Source of the DNA: an uncultured delta proteobacterium
GTDB lineage: Bacteria; Myxococcota_A; Polyangia; Fen-1088
DNA: 64,000 bases
NCBI GenBank assembly: GCA_963737265.1
Contig: CAVTRY010000013.1
Coordinates: 320,001 to 384,000, forward strand
Reading direction: 5' to 3'
Within the stretch, counting starts at the first letter, position 1. Each line of letters opens with the position of its first letter. Both the position numbers and the translations under genes were made by a program. A model generated the notes under the pieces. That model was not told the origin of the DNA. It saw only the letters and a list, made by a program, of their open reading frames with translations, and did not search any database. This document shows positions 8,584 through 19,376 of the stretch, piece by piece.

Positions 8584-10736
8584 GGAGAGAGGCCGGACAC
8601 GAAGATCGCGGGTGCGGTTGTGCCAGTACCGAGAGTCGTCGACCCAAAGGTGATGGTGCTCGCGAAGACACCGCCGACCGCCACCCCGTCGAGCGCGGCA
8701 CCACTAGCCATTCGCGCCACCGTCAGGTCATCGACCTCTTGCAAGGCGATCGCATCGCCGTACCGATGAGCGCAGAGTACTGAGCCGTCCGCGCCACTCA
8801 GATGGGCGACGAAGCCGTCCGAGTTGGTGTTGGCGAACGAGGTCAGGTTCATAGCACCCATCGTGCCCGTGAAGAAGCCGCCCACGTAGATGTCGCCATT
8901 CGACGAAGTCGCTACGCTCTTGGCTTGGTGATCGAAGCCCGGATTGCCGAACGCCTCGGCCCAGATCGGGGTAAGCGTCGGCGCGCTCACGCTCATTTTG
9001 ACCACCAATGCGTCGGTGTTGCCCTGACGCGTAATCGCTCCAACGCTTCCACCGAAATTCACGTTTGCGCCCAAGCTGCCAGCCACTATAACGTTGTTGC
9101 TCGCATCGACGGCGATGGAGAACGGGCTGACCTTGCCAGTCGGGCCCCAGGTGGAGGCCGCAGTCGGCGTGCCGTCGGCGCCCGCCAACACCGCCAGGTA
9201 GAGCAGCGAGTAGATCGGGGACGCCACCACCGGGAAGGCGGCGAGGGAGCCGAATTGCAGCGTGCCGTTGTATCCGCCCGCGATGATGACGTTGCCCGAG
9301 TTGTCCATCGACACGGCCTGGCAGAGCTGGTCGCCAGCGCCGCCGAACTGCTTGCCCCAGGTCACGAGGCCCGTGGTCGCGTCGATCTTCGCCACCACGA
9401 TGTCGAGGCCGCCGCCAGCCGCGTTGGTACCTGTGAGGATGCCACCCGTGGCCTTCACGGAGGAGACACCGCAGACCGCGAAGGCGTCCTGGTTGGGGTT
9501 CGAGGCGACTGCGAGCAGCGTGCCCGTGCCCAAGCCGACAGCCAGCGAATGTACTGGATTTCCGCCCGAGTCGAAGGTGGCCACGAAGTAGGCCGAGGAC
9601 GCCGCCGTCGTGAGGAAGTCAAGGCCTGGAGCCCCGACGGTCCCGTTGGTCCCGCCCGAGTCGTTGCCATCGAAGTCGATCTCCGACTCGAAGTAGCCGA
9701 TTAAGCCGACATCGCCGCTCTTCGCCACTGCCACGCCAATCGCGTTCTGGCTTGTCAAGTTGGGGGTAGCGATCTGACCGAACGATTCGGCGAAAGTCGC
9801 GAGGCCCGTCGTGGGATCGAGCTTCACCAGAAAGACATCGCTGGCGCCAGTCGATTTGATGGAAGGGCCCGTGCCCGGATTGGGTTTCGGAAATCCGACT
9901 GCGACGCTGCAGTTAGGAAGCCCATTCGAGTCCAAGGGACAGAAGACCTGCCCCGCTGCCCAAAGCGTGCCATCTGGCCTATTGGCCATGGCCACCGGTC
10001 CCGCAAGTTGCGGGGCGGGCCATTGCTGGGCGGGGAACGTGGCGCTCGCATTGAGCGAGACGCCGCAGGAGAAGGCGCTACCGTCTGACTGGGTCGCGAC
10101 GTCTTGGTGGCTGGATAGATCCGGGGACGGTTGGACATCGACGATGTTAATCGGAGCGTCGACGAGGTCTGGCAGCACGTCGCCGACCTCTGGTGGAACG
10201 CCGACAATGTCGGGCAAGGCAGCGTCGGGCAAGGCAGCGTCGGGCAAGGCAGCGGAAGCGTCGGCCATGCTGCCGGGTCGAGCATCGGCATTGGAACCGC
10301 CCGTCCCGATGGCGCCCCCGGTTCCTCCTGTGACACCGCCACTGCCACCTGCGCCGCCAGTTCCGCCGACGTCGCCACCGTTGGATCCGTGGTCGGATAT
10401 GTCCGGTTGGCTATTCGGCGCATCTGGGATCGAGCTATCGATGGCTACGACGGAAAGATCGACGTTCGCGCTGTCCTGGCCTCCGTCCGGTGTCGCGAAT
10501 GAAAGGTCCGCTCCGCCTAGGTCGATTCCAACCTCGGCGCTGGGCCGGTCGGATGCGCTGTCCCGGCAATAGGCATCGCAGTACTTGCGCTGTCCAGCGT
10601 CGACCTTTTCATCGGACGAGCTGCTGCCGCTGCAACCGGCAAGAAGCTGCGCGGCGGCCAGAAACAGGCACCGGGAAAGCGGCACTGCTTGCGGTCGCAT
10701 CCGTGCGAAAAGGATCGCCATTCGTCTCGCGTTCAT
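8580..10736 (-). CDS. Secreted lipoprotein, Gly/Asp linker + SBBP-like beta-propeller
   Basis: Lipobox LAGC; repeats of D.FLVKLD...G...W...FG and DNSGNVIIAG; start moved to MNARR (10736). Confidence 0.75.
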   Translation of the reverse strand: MNARRMAILFARMRPQAVPLSRCLFLAAAQLLAGCSGSSSSDEKVDAGQRKYCDAYCRDSASDRPSAEVGIDLGGADLSFATPDGGQDSANVDLSVVAIDSSIPDAPNSQPDISDHGSNGGDVGGTGGAGGSGGVTGGTGGAIGTGGSNADARPGSMADASAALPDAALPDAALPDIVGVPPEVGDVLPDLVDAPINIVDVQPSPDLSSHQDVATQSDGSAFSCGVSLNASATFPAQQWPAPQLAGPVAMANRPDGTLWAAGQVFCPLDSNGLPNCSVAVGFPKPNPGTGPSIKSTGASDVFLVKLDPTTGLATFAESFGQIATPNLTSQNAIGVAVAKSGDVGLIGYFESEIDFDGNDSGGTNGTVGAPGLDFLTTAASSAYFVATFDSGGNPVHSLAVGLGTGTLLAVASNPNQDAFAVCGVSSVKATGGILTGTNAAGGGLDIVVAKIDATTGLVTWGKQFGGAGDQLCQAVSMDNSGNVIIAGGYNGTLQFGSLAAFPVVASPIYSLLYLAVLAGADGTPTAASTWGPTGKVSPFSIAVDASNNVIVAGSLGANVNFGGSVGAITRQGNTDALVVKMSVSAPTLTPIWAEAFGNPGFDHQAKSVATSSNGDIYVGGFFTGTMGAMNLTSFANTNSDGFVAHLSGADGSVLCAHRYGDAIALQEVDDLTVARMASGAALDGVAVGGVFASTITFGSTTLGTGTTAPAIFVSGLSP

Positions 10737-10815
10737 GTGCCTGCCCCGGTGTGATTGACGGCGCTCCTCGTGGGGATGGGCGAGGAGCTCGCTCATCCCC
10801 ACCATTCGCTCTGTG

Positions 10816-12672
10816 CTAGGGCTGAAGGTCCAACAGGTAGCCGGCTGTCGAGATTGACGAGCCCGCACCGAGCGCGGTCGTGGGCGGGCCAAAATCTATG
10901 ACGCCTGTGTAGTCGCCAACGACGGCCAGACCATCCTTGCCGGCGCCGGCCGTCCAGCGATTAATCGCAACCGCGCGACCGTCTTGGGAAGCTGTTAGGG
11001 CCGAATCGCCGTAGTGGTGAGCACAGGTCGTCGCACCTGTCACGCCATCCAGACGGACAATAAGGACATCGAGCCCTCCTCCAGCGGGTACGTTGGCCGA
11101 CAGGGTAGCGTTGCCTGGTCCAATGTCGATCGTGCCCTGGAACGAACCCACGACTGTCGGATTTCCGCTGGAATCGGTCGCGATGCCGAACGAGCCCGAA
11201 GTCTTATTTGCTGCGCCCCAGCGGCGTGCCCAAATCGGAACAAGACCAGAGCTGACCTTCAGGACAAATGAATCGAAAGGTCCGAGCGGGGTCAGGGACG
11301 TAGTTCCAGCGCTGAATGCGGAAGAGAAGATGCCGGTCACGAAGGCGTTGCCCTGGGCATCGGCGGCGATTGACTGTGCGACGATTTGACCGCTGGCGCC
11401 GAAGGCTATCGCGCCGATCGCGGCGCCGGTCGTTCCATTGAGCTTCGCAACCCAAAGGATCTTGTCTCTCGCTCCGGTTGGCGCTGGCGTCAATGGCCCG
11501 GTGCCAAAATCGAGCGTTCCAGCATACTGGCCCGTAAGAAGGACGTTGCCAGTGTCGTCGATAGCGGCGGCGTTGCAGACTTGATCCATCGGGCCGCCGA
11601 AAAGTCTTGCCCAAATCACGGTTCCATCAATGGCATTGACAGCGGCGACCACCACATCCTTTCCCCCACCCGGGGTGGCTCCAGTGACGCCCAACTGCGC
11701 GGCGGCGTTCGTCGCCGCTCCGCAGACCACGAAGAAGTTCTGCGTCGTGTTACCGGCAATGGCATTAAGTTGCCCCGTCCCCAAATTCACGCTCTTCGAC
11801 CACAAACCAGCTCCAGCCGTGCCATCGATTCCGGCGATGTAGTCGACCGGCGTCGAAAGCGGGTTGCTCAGCGGGGAACCAGTGACGATCTCCATCGAGC
11901 CCAGGTAATTGCCGATGACGCCAAACACCGCATTGCCACTGGTCGCGACCTGGCTCGCAAGTTGATCGGCATCGTCCCCAGCCGTGAGGACCCAGGTTGC
12001 GTCGCCCGTCGTCGGGTCAATCTTGGCCACGAACATGTCAGAGGCGCCCTGATTGGTCAGAGTCTTCGTGCCGAGAATCGTGTCGTTGGGTAAGAACGCT
12101 CCGCCAGTGGCCAGGCTGCCGTCCTTCGCCCAAGCGACCGTAAGGAGCGACGGTAGCCGGTAGCTGCGCGCAAGCGTTGGGCCTTGGCAGCTCGGCGACC
12201 CCCCCTCCGAGCTACCCGTCTCGACGGACGCGACGTCAACGAACCCGCCGCCGTCGGGATTGAGCGGCACGTCTGGGATTTGCGTGTCTTGCCATGCTAC
12301 ATCTTGCCCAGCTTCGGAACCCGAGGGATTGACATCGGTACCGCCGTCAAGGGTGGCGGTGCCGCCCGTGCCGCCGAGAGTGGTCTGGTCGAAGCCAGTA
12401 TCCGGGGCCACGGTTGCGCCTCCCGTGCCAGGTGGAACATCCTTGGGAAGCGCCGTGTCCGGTGCAGCCAGGGTGTCCGGCTTTGCATCGGGGTTTGCGC
12501 CGGCTCCTCCACCTCCTCCTCCCGTGCCGGTCATTCCTCCGACACCGCTCGATCCTCCTGTTCCGCCTCCGCCGCCACTGCTTCCGCAACCGGAAGTTGC
12601 AAAGGCAAACGCCGCACCGGCCAGCACCAAGATACGGAAAAAAACAGGGCCTCGTCGATCGTATGAAATCAT
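10816..12672 (-). CDS. Secreted lipoprotein with SBBP-like beta-propeller
   Basis: Signal/lipobox TSGC, Gly-rich linker, DMFVAKID/IWARLFGG/DDTGNVLLTG repeats; start at MISYDRR. Confidence 0.75.
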   Translation of the reverse strand: MISYDRRGPVFFRILVLAGAAFAFATSGCGSSGGGGGTGGSSGVGGMTGTGGGGGGAGANPDAKPDTLAAPDTALPKDVPPGTGGATVAPDTGFDQTTLGGTGGTATLDGGTDVNPSGSEAGQDVAWQDTQIPDVPLNPDGGGFVDVASVETGSSEGGSPSCQGPTLARSYRLPSLLTVAWAKDGSLATGGAFLPNDTILGTKTLTNQGASDMFVAKIDPTTGDATWVLTAGDDADQLASQVATSGNAVFGVIGNYLGSMEIVTGSPLSNPLSTPVDYIAGIDGTAGAGLWSKSVNLGTGQLNAIAGNTTQNFFVVCGAATNAAAQLGVTGATPGGGKDVVVAAVNAIDGTVIWARLFGGPMDQVCNAAAIDDTGNVLLTGQYAGTLDFGTGPLTPAPTGARDKILWVAKLNGTTGAAIGAIAFGASGQIVAQSIAADAQGNAFVTGIFSSAFSAGTTSLTPLGPFDSFVLKVSSGLVPIWARRWGAANKTSGSFGIATDSSGNPTVVGSFQGTIDIGPGNATLSANVPAGGGLDVLIVRLDGVTGATTCAHHYGDSALTASQDGRAVAINRWTAGAGKDGLAVVGDYTGVIDFGPPTTALGAGSSISTAGYLLDLQP

Positions 12673-12760
12673 AGTTTCCTCACTGGGTAGACCTTGCCCG
12701 CGATGGGGACATTGGAGATGAAGGTGGTGGCTGTATAGCTTCAATTGCCAACCTGCGATT

Positions 12761-12821
12761 GTGATGATTTGGCTACCTCTGGGTGTAGTAACTGCGACGA
12801 AAGCGCGACGGTTTGGTTACG
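12761..12821 (-). promoter_or_regulatory. Pho-box-like 11-bp-period repeats upstream of 12672
   Basis: Plus-strand hexamers at 12794 GCGACG, 12805 GCGACG, 12816 GTTACG; weaker in-register 12761 GTGATG and 12772 GCTACC. Confidence 0.55.
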
Positions 12822-12844
12822 TTTCGTGCCGACCAGGATGGCCA

Positions 12845-14860
12845 TCACGGCGCAAGTTTGGCTAGGAACGTGGTTTGGGGGGTTAGCAGAACAGCCGATG
12901 TCAGAACGCCTGCTGGCGCGCCAAAATCGATTTGCGTGCGGAATTGACCTAGGAAGAGACTGGTGTCCTTTTCGGCAGCGACAGCCGACGAGTTGGCCAC
13001 GACTCCGACAGCTGAACTATAACCCACAGCACTGCCATATCCCCTGGCGGCGCTGACCCGCGCAGTCGTCGCCCCGCCGCCATCCGGCTGGGCCAAAGCC
13101 GTCTCCTCTAGTAGAGCAACGAATGCCGCCGTCGCGTTACTCGTCTGCGGCAAGGGTGTGTCGCCGAGGGTGAGGGTTCCCGCGTAGTCGCCGGCCAGGA
13201 TGATGCCACCGCTGGAATTGAGAGAAAGCGCGGTTATGGCATTGCTCAGGCTTGCTCCGGCGGACCCGATGGGAACGATCCACGCAATTTCTCCGGTGTC
13301 CTTGCGCAGTTTGGCCACGAAAATAGACGACGAGGTGAAGGAGACTCCGGCAACGGAGTAAGGCGAGGCTGGCGCCACGCCCGCGACGTTTCCGGCGACG
13401 ATCAGTCCGTCGCTGACGGGAAGTAGTGCCGTTGCATTCAGGGAAGCAGCGTGCCCCACGTTGCCGAAGGCCGTAGCCCAAACACCGGTTGGGGTCGGGA
13501 CGCTGGCGTCGCCGTCGGTGAGCTGTAGCTTGGCGACGAACAGCCACTTCTTGCCGACTTGATCCACGATTGGAAGCGTCCGCGCCGAGCCTCCGAAGTT
13601 GATAGCGCTTCCGTACTTGTAGGTGCCCGCGACGTAGATGTTCGATTGGGAGTCGACGGTCACGGCATTGCAGGCCTCGTCGTTGACGCCCCCGATCTGC
13701 AGGGCCCAGTTGGTCGCGCCGGTCGTCCCGTCGAGCCCGGCAACGACCACGTCGGTGCCACCGGCCAGCATCAGTCCGGGCAAGAAATCCGTGGCCGACT
13801 TGGTCGTCGTCCCGCAAAGGACGAAGCTGGGCTGGGCCGGATCGCCGGCGAGGGAATTCAAACCGGTCACGTCGTTCGGCTTTTGGGAAAGATTGATCTT
13901 GCGCACCCAGAGGCCTCCGCCGTCGGTCGCGCTCGCGCCAAGAACGAAGTTGTCCCCGGCGGCCGTCGCAATGACGTTGTCCGGGCCCACGCCGAGGGTT
14001 CCCAGCAGCGGGCCCGCCAGGCCGAGTTGGCCGCCACCGTTGGCACCGAAGGCGAAGGCAACTTGCTTCTCGGGCCCTGGGAATGTCGTCGACCAGATGG
14101 CCTTGCCGGTGGAGGGGTCGAGCCGAGCCAGGAAAACATCCAGGTTGGAGCTATCACCGGTGTCCATGGGGCCGGCGCCCAGGTCGGTCGCACCAGAAAA
14201 TGAGCCTCCCGCAAAAACGCTACCGCTCGCCGTAATCGCGAGCGCATTGCTGTCGCTTGGCCAGTACAGGTTGTCGATGACCGATGCGGAGATGGCGGTG
14301 GGGAACGCATAGCCACCACCGTCCCCGTTCGAACACAGGCCGGTGCTCTCGTCGCAGGTAACGGTGGCCGGACAAATCGCTGTTCCGGCGCAAACGCCAT
14401 TCTCGCACTGATCGCCGGAAGTGCATTTCAGGCCGTCGTCGCACGGGGTGTAGTTGTTGGCGTTGGGGTTGGTGCATGCGCCAGTCGCGGGGCTGCAGAC
14501 ACCGGCTACATGGCACTGGTCGAGCGCCGTGCATGTCTTCGATGACCCCCAGTAACAAGCGCCGCCTTGGCATACATCGTCGACGGTGCATGGGTTGCCG
14601 GCGTCGCACCGTGTGCCGTCGGCTAGGTTGGTGTGGACGCACAGGCCGGTCGCGGGATCGCAACTGTCGGTCGTGCAAGCATTATTATCGTCGCAACTTG
14701 CGAGGCAAGCTGGCGCATCAACATTCCGCGCGTCGATGGCGGCATCGCCGTGGTTTGCCGGGGAGCTGGAGCCGCAGCTTGCGAGGCCGGAAAGGGAAAG
14801 CCCGGCAAGCACGGCGAGGGTCATTCTTGGACCAAAGTGAAAGATTCGTTTTGTGTTCAT
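12845..14860 (-). CDS. Lipoprotein with Cys-rich (CDDNNACTTDSC) repeats and beta-propeller
   Basis: Lipobox LASC; Dictyostelium-type Cys repeats; SBBP-like blades. Confidence 0.78.
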   Translation of the reverse strand: MNTKRIFHFGPRMTLAVLAGLSLSGLASCGSSSPANHGDAAIDARNVDAPACLASCDDNNACTTDSCDPATGLCVHTNLADGTRCDAGNPCTVDDVCQGGACYWGSSKTCTALDQCHVAGVCSPATGACTNPNANNYTPCDDGLKCTSGDQCENGVCAGTAICPATVTCDESTGLCSNGDGGGYAFPTAISASVIDNLYWPSDSNALAITASGSVFAGGSFSGATDLGAGPMDTGDSSNLDVFLARLDPSTGKAIWSTTFPGPEKQVAFAFGANGGGQLGLAGPLLGTLGVGPDNVIATAAGDNFVLGASATDGGGLWVRKINLSQKPNDVTGLNSLAGDPAQPSFVLCGTTTKSATDFLPGLMLAGGTDVVVAGLDGTTGATNWALQIGGVNDEACNAVTVDSQSNIYVAGTYKYGSAINFGGSARTLPIVDQVGKKWLFVAKLQLTDGDASVPTPTGVWATAFGNVGHAASLNATALLPVSDGLIVAGNVAGVAPASPYSVAGVSFTSSSIFVAKLRKDTGEIAWIVPIGSAGASLSNAITALSLNSSGGIILAGDYAGTLTLGDTPLPQTSNATAAFVALLEETALAQPDGGGATTARVSAARGYGSAVGYSSAVGVVANSSAVAAEKDTSLFLGQFRTQIDFGAPAGVLTSAVLLTPQTTFLAKLAP

Positions 14861-14940
14861 GAGATTCCCACTCGGGCACGTTTGAAGAGGCGCTCAACAA
14901 GCAGGGCGCTTCTTTCTAGGCCGTCCAGCGCTGCGTCTTC

Positions 14941-14968
14941 GTGACAAATCGGTTACCGATTTTCAACA
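14941..14968 (-). promoter_or_regulatory. Pho-box-like triple repeat TGTTGA-N5-GGTAAC-N5-TGTCAC
   Basis: Exact 11-bp spacing (14963, 14952, 14941), 80 bp upstream of 14860. Confidence 0.6.
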
Positions 14969-15279
14969 ATCGGACCCCAAGGCGGTGTTTCCCTGGGCCT
15001 GGCCAGCCAGGGTCGCGTCCGCCCGCGCGACCGTCGGGCTTCCGTCACCCCGCGCGCGCAGCTCGCTTCTCCACTTCAACCACTGACCTTTCCTTGTCGC
15101 TTTTCCGGCACCGCGAACGTCGCTTTTCCGTCGGTGGTTTGCCGGGAAGACCAATATTCATGCACCCGTAATTGTAACGAAGATTGCTCTTAATAATACT
15201 CATTCAAGCGCCGAAGTCCCTTACGTCGCGACAAGGCGTGGTTGAACGGCTCACGCCGAGGCGACGGGAGGAGTCTGCT

Positions 15280-16566
15280 ATGCGCCATTCGTTTGCCTAC
15301 GTGTGCCCCCCGGATGGGGTCGAGGTGCTCCTCCTCGGTCTGGCTGCGGCTTTGTCGGCCCCGGGCTGTCAAGGCCAGCGGGCGAGCGGTGGAATTGAAA
15401 TTTCAGTTCCACCGTTGGCGTCGGTGGCGCGGGTTGAGGCTGTGTTTCGCAGGGGCCACGACACGGAAACGACCACGGTGCCTTTGGTGCTGGTGGCGGG
15501 TCGATGGATGGTCAGCCTCGACGGACTCGATGCGAGCGCCAACTACCAAATCGTGGCCACGGGCAAGGATGGCGGCGGAGGAGACGTCTCGAGCTCGCTC
15601 GCCGCCAGCGCGACGCCACAAGAGGGGCACACCTCTCAGATGCTCATGGCTCTGCAAGCCCCAAGCGGGAACGACAGCGGTGATGGATCGCCGCCGCGGG
15701 TGGACAGTTTGTGGGCATCGGCCAAGCAGGTGAACGTCGGCGAGACGGTGGCGCTTTCGGTTTCGGCCCACGCCGCCAACCCGTCGAGCGCGCTTACCTT
15801 GGAATGGAGCGCCGGGTGCGGAAAGCTCGGCGCGAAGGACGCGGCCACCACCACCTGGCTTGCGCCGGCCGATGACGGCCTGTGCGACTTGAAGGTGCTG
15901 ATCGGCGATGGCGGGGGGCGCACGGTCAGCGCGGGCTTTCAGGTACAAGTCGGGTCGGGAGAAGGTCAGGGGGGCGCGGCTGTCGACATCTTCATCAATG
16001 CGGCGCCGGTTGTCACCGCGATGACCGCGTCGCCCGGTCCGATAGAAAGCGGATCCGCGGTCCAGTTGCAGGTCTCGGCGAACGATCCCGACGGGGACAA
16101 ACTGTCGTATCGGTGGACGAGCACCTGTCCCGGTGCCTTCGACAGCCCAACCCAGGCCGCCACGGGCTTCCTGCCCGCCTTGACCAGCGGAACGACGAGT
16201 TGTTCCTTCTCCGTCCAAGTCGCCGACGGGCGCGGTGGCGTCGGCCTGGGTACGCTGACTCTGTCCGCCGTCAAGCCGGTGATCCACGTTGGGCCCGCCA
16301 TGGGCATCACGTACCAGTCGCCCGCCGCACCGGGGGCTGGCGATGTCGTGTTCTTCCACGCCGAGGCGAGCAGTCCCGAAGGCCAACCCCTGACTTGGAA
16401 GTGGAGCGCTGACGCCGGCACCATCGCCGCCGAAACCGATCAGGCCGGGTCGAGCGACATCCACTGGACCGTCCCGGATGCGAAGGATGTTTCGTGCACG
16501 GTCACCGCGACCGCGACGGATCCCCAGGGCGCCAGCGCGTTCTACGTGTTTTCGGTTCGAACTTAA
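15280..16566 (+). CDS. Ig-like/PKD repeat lipoprotein (stalk only)
   Basis: RBS GGAGGAG before ATG 15280; NAAPVV, ANDPDGDKLSYRW and ATDPQG PKD-like motifs. Confidence 0.72.
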   Translation: MRHSFAYVCPPDGVEVLLLGLAAALSAPGCQGQRASGGIEISVPPLASVARVEAVFRRGHDTETTTVPLVLVAGRWMVSLDGLDASANYQIVATGKDGGGGDVSSSLAASATPQEGHTSQMLMALQAPSGNDSGDGSPPRVDSLWASAKQVNVGETVALSVSAHAANPSSALTLEWSAGCGKLGAKDAATTTWLAPADDGLCDLKVLIGDGGGRTVSAGFQVQVGSGEGQGGAAVDIFINAAPVVTAMTASPGPIESGSAVQLQVSANDPDGDKLSYRWTSTCPGAFDSPTQAATGFLPALTSGTTSCSFSVQVADGRGGVGLGTLTLSAVKPVIHVGPAMGITYQSPAAPGAGDVVFFHAEASSPEGQPLTWKWSADAGTIAAETDQAGSSDIHWTVPDAKDVSCTVTATATDPQGASAFYVFSVRT

Positions 16567-16572
16567 ACCTAA

Positions 16573-18135
16573 TTATTGCACGGCCTTGGCGGGAACGAGC
16601 TCGACTGTGGTGCTGCCGATACCGAGCTGGCCGCTGGTGTTAGAGCCCCAACACCACAGCGTGCCGTCCGTGGCCACCGCGCAGGTGTGATTGACACCGG
16701 TTGCCACCATCGACCAGAGCGTGCCCGCGGCGTTGACGGCGGTGGGAACGTTGGCGTCGCTGGGGTTGCCGGTGCCGAGCTGGCCGTAGCTATTGCTGCC
16801 CCAGCACCAAAGAGAATTGTCCCGCTTGATAGCACAAGTGTTCGACTGGCCACAGCTCACGCTCTTCCAAACCGTGCCGTCGAGTCGCACGGCCGTCGCG
16901 CTTTGCGCCCCCTCGCCGATCGGGACGCCGGTGCTGCCGAGCTGGCCGTCCTCATTGTCGCCCCAACACCACAGCGTGCTGTCGCCTTTCAAGGCACAAG
17001 TGTGAGATCCGCCGGTGGACACATCCACCCAGCCGGTGCCGTCCACCTGCACCGGGCTTAGGTGATACGAACCGTTCAAATCCCCCGTTTGCCCGTTCGA
17101 ATTGAGTCCCCAGCACCAAAGCTCGCCATCGCTCGTGGTGGCGCAGGTGTGCAGAAAGTTGGAGCTGACGTGGGTAAACACCAGGCCCGCGCCCGCCAGC
17201 GTTACCTGAACCGGGGAGGGTTGGTTATCGAGAGTATCATTGCCAATCTGGCCATTGGTATTGTCGCCCCAGCACCAGAGCGTTCCATCCGCCTTGATTC
17301 CGCACGTCTGATAGCTGCCGGCACTGATGCCCTGCCAAGGACCGCCCGCCACTTCGGTCGGCGCGCCCGAGGTCGGCACCGAGGGATTGCCGAGCTGGCC
17401 CGAGGCATTGTTGCCCCAACAGGACAGACTTCCATCCGTGCGCAGCGCACAGGAATGGCTTTGGCCGCACGAAACGCGGTTCCACGCCGTGTCGCCGACG
17501 TCGACTGGGGTCAGTCGGGTGATCGTGTCGTCGAAGCGGAGCTGGCCATAGGTGTTGTCTCCCCAACACCACAGGGTGGAATTGGTGCGAACGGCGCAAC
17601 TGTGATTGGCACCCGTAGAAACCTCCAGGAAGGGCACGGCCACGCCGCCGCGAGCGTCGGAGCCGATGCCGCCGTCAGACCGCCCTCCGGGCAGACCACC
17701 GTCGTCGAGGGGCGTGACGGTCTCGGTCCGACAGCCGCCATCGCCGCACGCGGCGACGGGAACCGATAGCTGAACCTGGAAGTCGATTCGCGCGCCGACG
17801 TCGATCAAGCCACTGACGGAACCCTGGCCAATCACCAGCCCATTCCGGTCCAAAGCATTGATGGCAATCGCCACCACCCCAGTGCGCGAACCGGGAAGAA
17901 CCAAGGTGAAATCGGACGGGAAGCCCAATTCGACCGATGGATTCTCCGGAAAGTACTTCTGATCCGACTTGGTTCCATTGCTGATGGTCACGCCCATTTG
18001 AAAGACGCGGGGAACTTGGCAGTCCACATTCGCGTGAACGATGACGTATGAATCCTTGCTGCCGGAGCAGCCGAGCAGGCAAATCGCGGCGCAAAAGAGC
18101 AGGCCGGTCGTGCCCGGCTTCATGGTTCGGTTCAT
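16573..18135 (-). CDS. RCC1-repeat beta-propeller lipoprotein
   Basis: Seven H[ST]CA...G.LWCWG.N..GQLG repeats; lipobox LLGC; ATG overlaps the upstream stop (ATGA). Confidence 0.9.
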   Translation of the reverse strand: MNRTMKPGTTGLLFCAAICLLGCSGSKDSYVIVHANVDCQVPRVFQMGVTISNGTKSDQKYFPENPSVELGFPSDFTLVLPGSRTGVVAIAINALDRNGLVIGQGSVSGLIDVGARIDFQVQLSVPVAACGDGGCRTETVTPLDDGGLPGGRSDGGIGSDARGGVAVPFLEVSTGANHSCAVRTNSTLWCWGDNTYGQLRFDDTITRLTPVDVGDTAWNRVSCGQSHSCALRTDGSLSCWGNNASGQLGNPSVPTSGAPTEVAGGPWQGISAGSYQTCGIKADGTLWCWGDNTNGQIGNDTLDNQPSPVQVTLAGAGLVFTHVSSNFLHTCATTSDGELWCWGLNSNGQTGDLNGSYHLSPVQVDGTGWVDVSTGGSHTCALKGDSTLWCWGDNEDGQLGSTGVPIGEGAQSATAVRLDGTVWKSVSCGQSNTCAIKRDNSLWCWGSNSYGQLGTGNPSDANVPTAVNAAGTLWSMVATGVNHTCAVATDGTLWCWGSNTSGQLGIGSTTVELVPAKAVQ

Positions 18136-18932
18136 GGCAGCACCGTCTGCGCGCCCCAGGTCGACGGCGGCGCCGAGGATTGCGGACGCAGGAGCCACCA
18201 CGTGACCACGCCACCGACGGCAAGAGCGCCCGCCACCGAGGTCCAGAACCACCACTTCTTGTATACGGCTTTCTTGTTCTCGCGTGGAGGAGGCGGCGTT
18301 TCTACGATGGCCAGCGAAAGCCCGGCGGGCTGGCTATCCGTCTTGAGGGTCGCGGCGACGGCCGCGCCCGACAGGGCGTCTGCCTTGGGCGGTTCGAGGT
18401 CTTCCTGGACCACGACCGGCGGTTTCTCGGCTTCGCTGGCTTTCTCGGCAGGCGGCTCGATAGGCGCAGGTTCCAGCTCGGCTGGGGCTGCCTTCTTTTC
18501 ACTGGGCTTTGTCCGATCGCCGAGCTGGGCTTCGGGCGCGGGAGCCGGCGCGGGAGCTTTCATCATCAAGAGGCTGGTGATGATCGCGATCTCGCTTGCG
18601 GTCACTTCGTATTGGCTGCGATTCTTGGGTAAATAGGTGCTGGCGCGCAGAAAGGCATTGTACTCGGCCAGGGCCTTCTCGGGTTTGCCAGCGAGCCGGT
18701 ACGCCTGCCCGAGAGAGAAGAGAAGGGACGGATCCTGGGTAAGCGTGTACGCGGCCTCGAAATGCTGGGCCGCCTCGTCGTAGCGGCCGAGGTTGAGCGC
18801 GACGATTCCCTGCGATCGTTCGGCCCGAACCGCCGCGCTTTCCTTGGGCGCCTTGGCGAAGGCAGTGGGCGACGATGAGAGAATCATCGTCGCGAGAAGA
18901 ACGTGGGCACACAGGGTTCGGGAAAACGTCAT
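18132..18932 (-). CDS. TPR-domain protein with C-terminal KKWWFW membrane anchor
   Basis: Signal peptide; GRYDEAAQHFEAAY...LLFSLGQAYR TPR; YKKWWFWT..G hydrophobic tail. Confidence 0.8.
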   Translation of the reverse strand: MTFSRTLCAHVLLATMILSSSPTAFAKAPKESAAVRAERSQGIVALNLGRYDEAAQHFEAAYTLTQDPSLLFSLGQAYRLAGKPEKALAEYNAFLRASTYLPKNRSQYEVTASEIAIITSLLMMKAPAPAPAPEAQLGDRTKPSEKKAAPAELEPAPIEPPAEKASEAEKPPVVVQEDLEPPKADALSGAAVAATLKTDSQPAGLSLAIVETPPPPRENKKAVYKKWWFWTSVAGALAVGGVVTWWLLRPQSSAPPSTWGAQTVLP

Positions 18933-19220
18933 GATGGAAACTCTCCCCCAAAAGCGATGGGCCTATATCGACAGCAAAAAGTGAAGCCGATCAAGGGCCG
19001 CGACGACCTGCAACGCTATTGTCACAATACTTTTGCGTAACTGAAACACATCCCCTTGGCCGTGGCGGACCGGGGTGCTTGCCGGGCGGCCCGAAGGCGA
19101 GCCCATTTTACGGCGTCCGCCGTCGAAGAAGCGCGATTGCTTGCGCCCGGCAAGGACCCGACTTGGGCTACCTTCTGCGGCGGCGGCATTGTGCACTGGG
19201 CCTTAACGGCAATTCCGCGT

Positions 19221-19248
19221 TGTAACGAATCCGTACCGCAACGCTAAC
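19221..19248 (+). promoter_or_regulatory. Pho-box-like repeat TGTAAC-N5-CGTACC-N5-GCTAAC
   Basis: 11-bp register at 19221/19232/19243, upstream of a PstS-like gene. Confidence 0.55.
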
Positions 19249-19376
19249 ACACGGTCGGGAAGAAAGGCGCTATTGCTTTGCCCGCGAAGGCATGGAACCG
19301 GCGAAGCGCGGCCATGCTGGCAAAGAGCACGAAGAGCAAAAAGCAGAAGCCAACCAGATCGAGAAGGAGGCCGACA

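Noticed and set aside
10212-10256. 15-bp tandem repeat GGCAAGGCAGCGTCG
   Set aside because: In-frame LPDAA linker repeat within a low-complexity region; no separate function evident
19020-19050. Additional Pho box TGTCAC...TGAAAC
   Set aside because: The middle repeat at +11 does not match; too weak to call. The same applies to the lone TGTAAC at 15173
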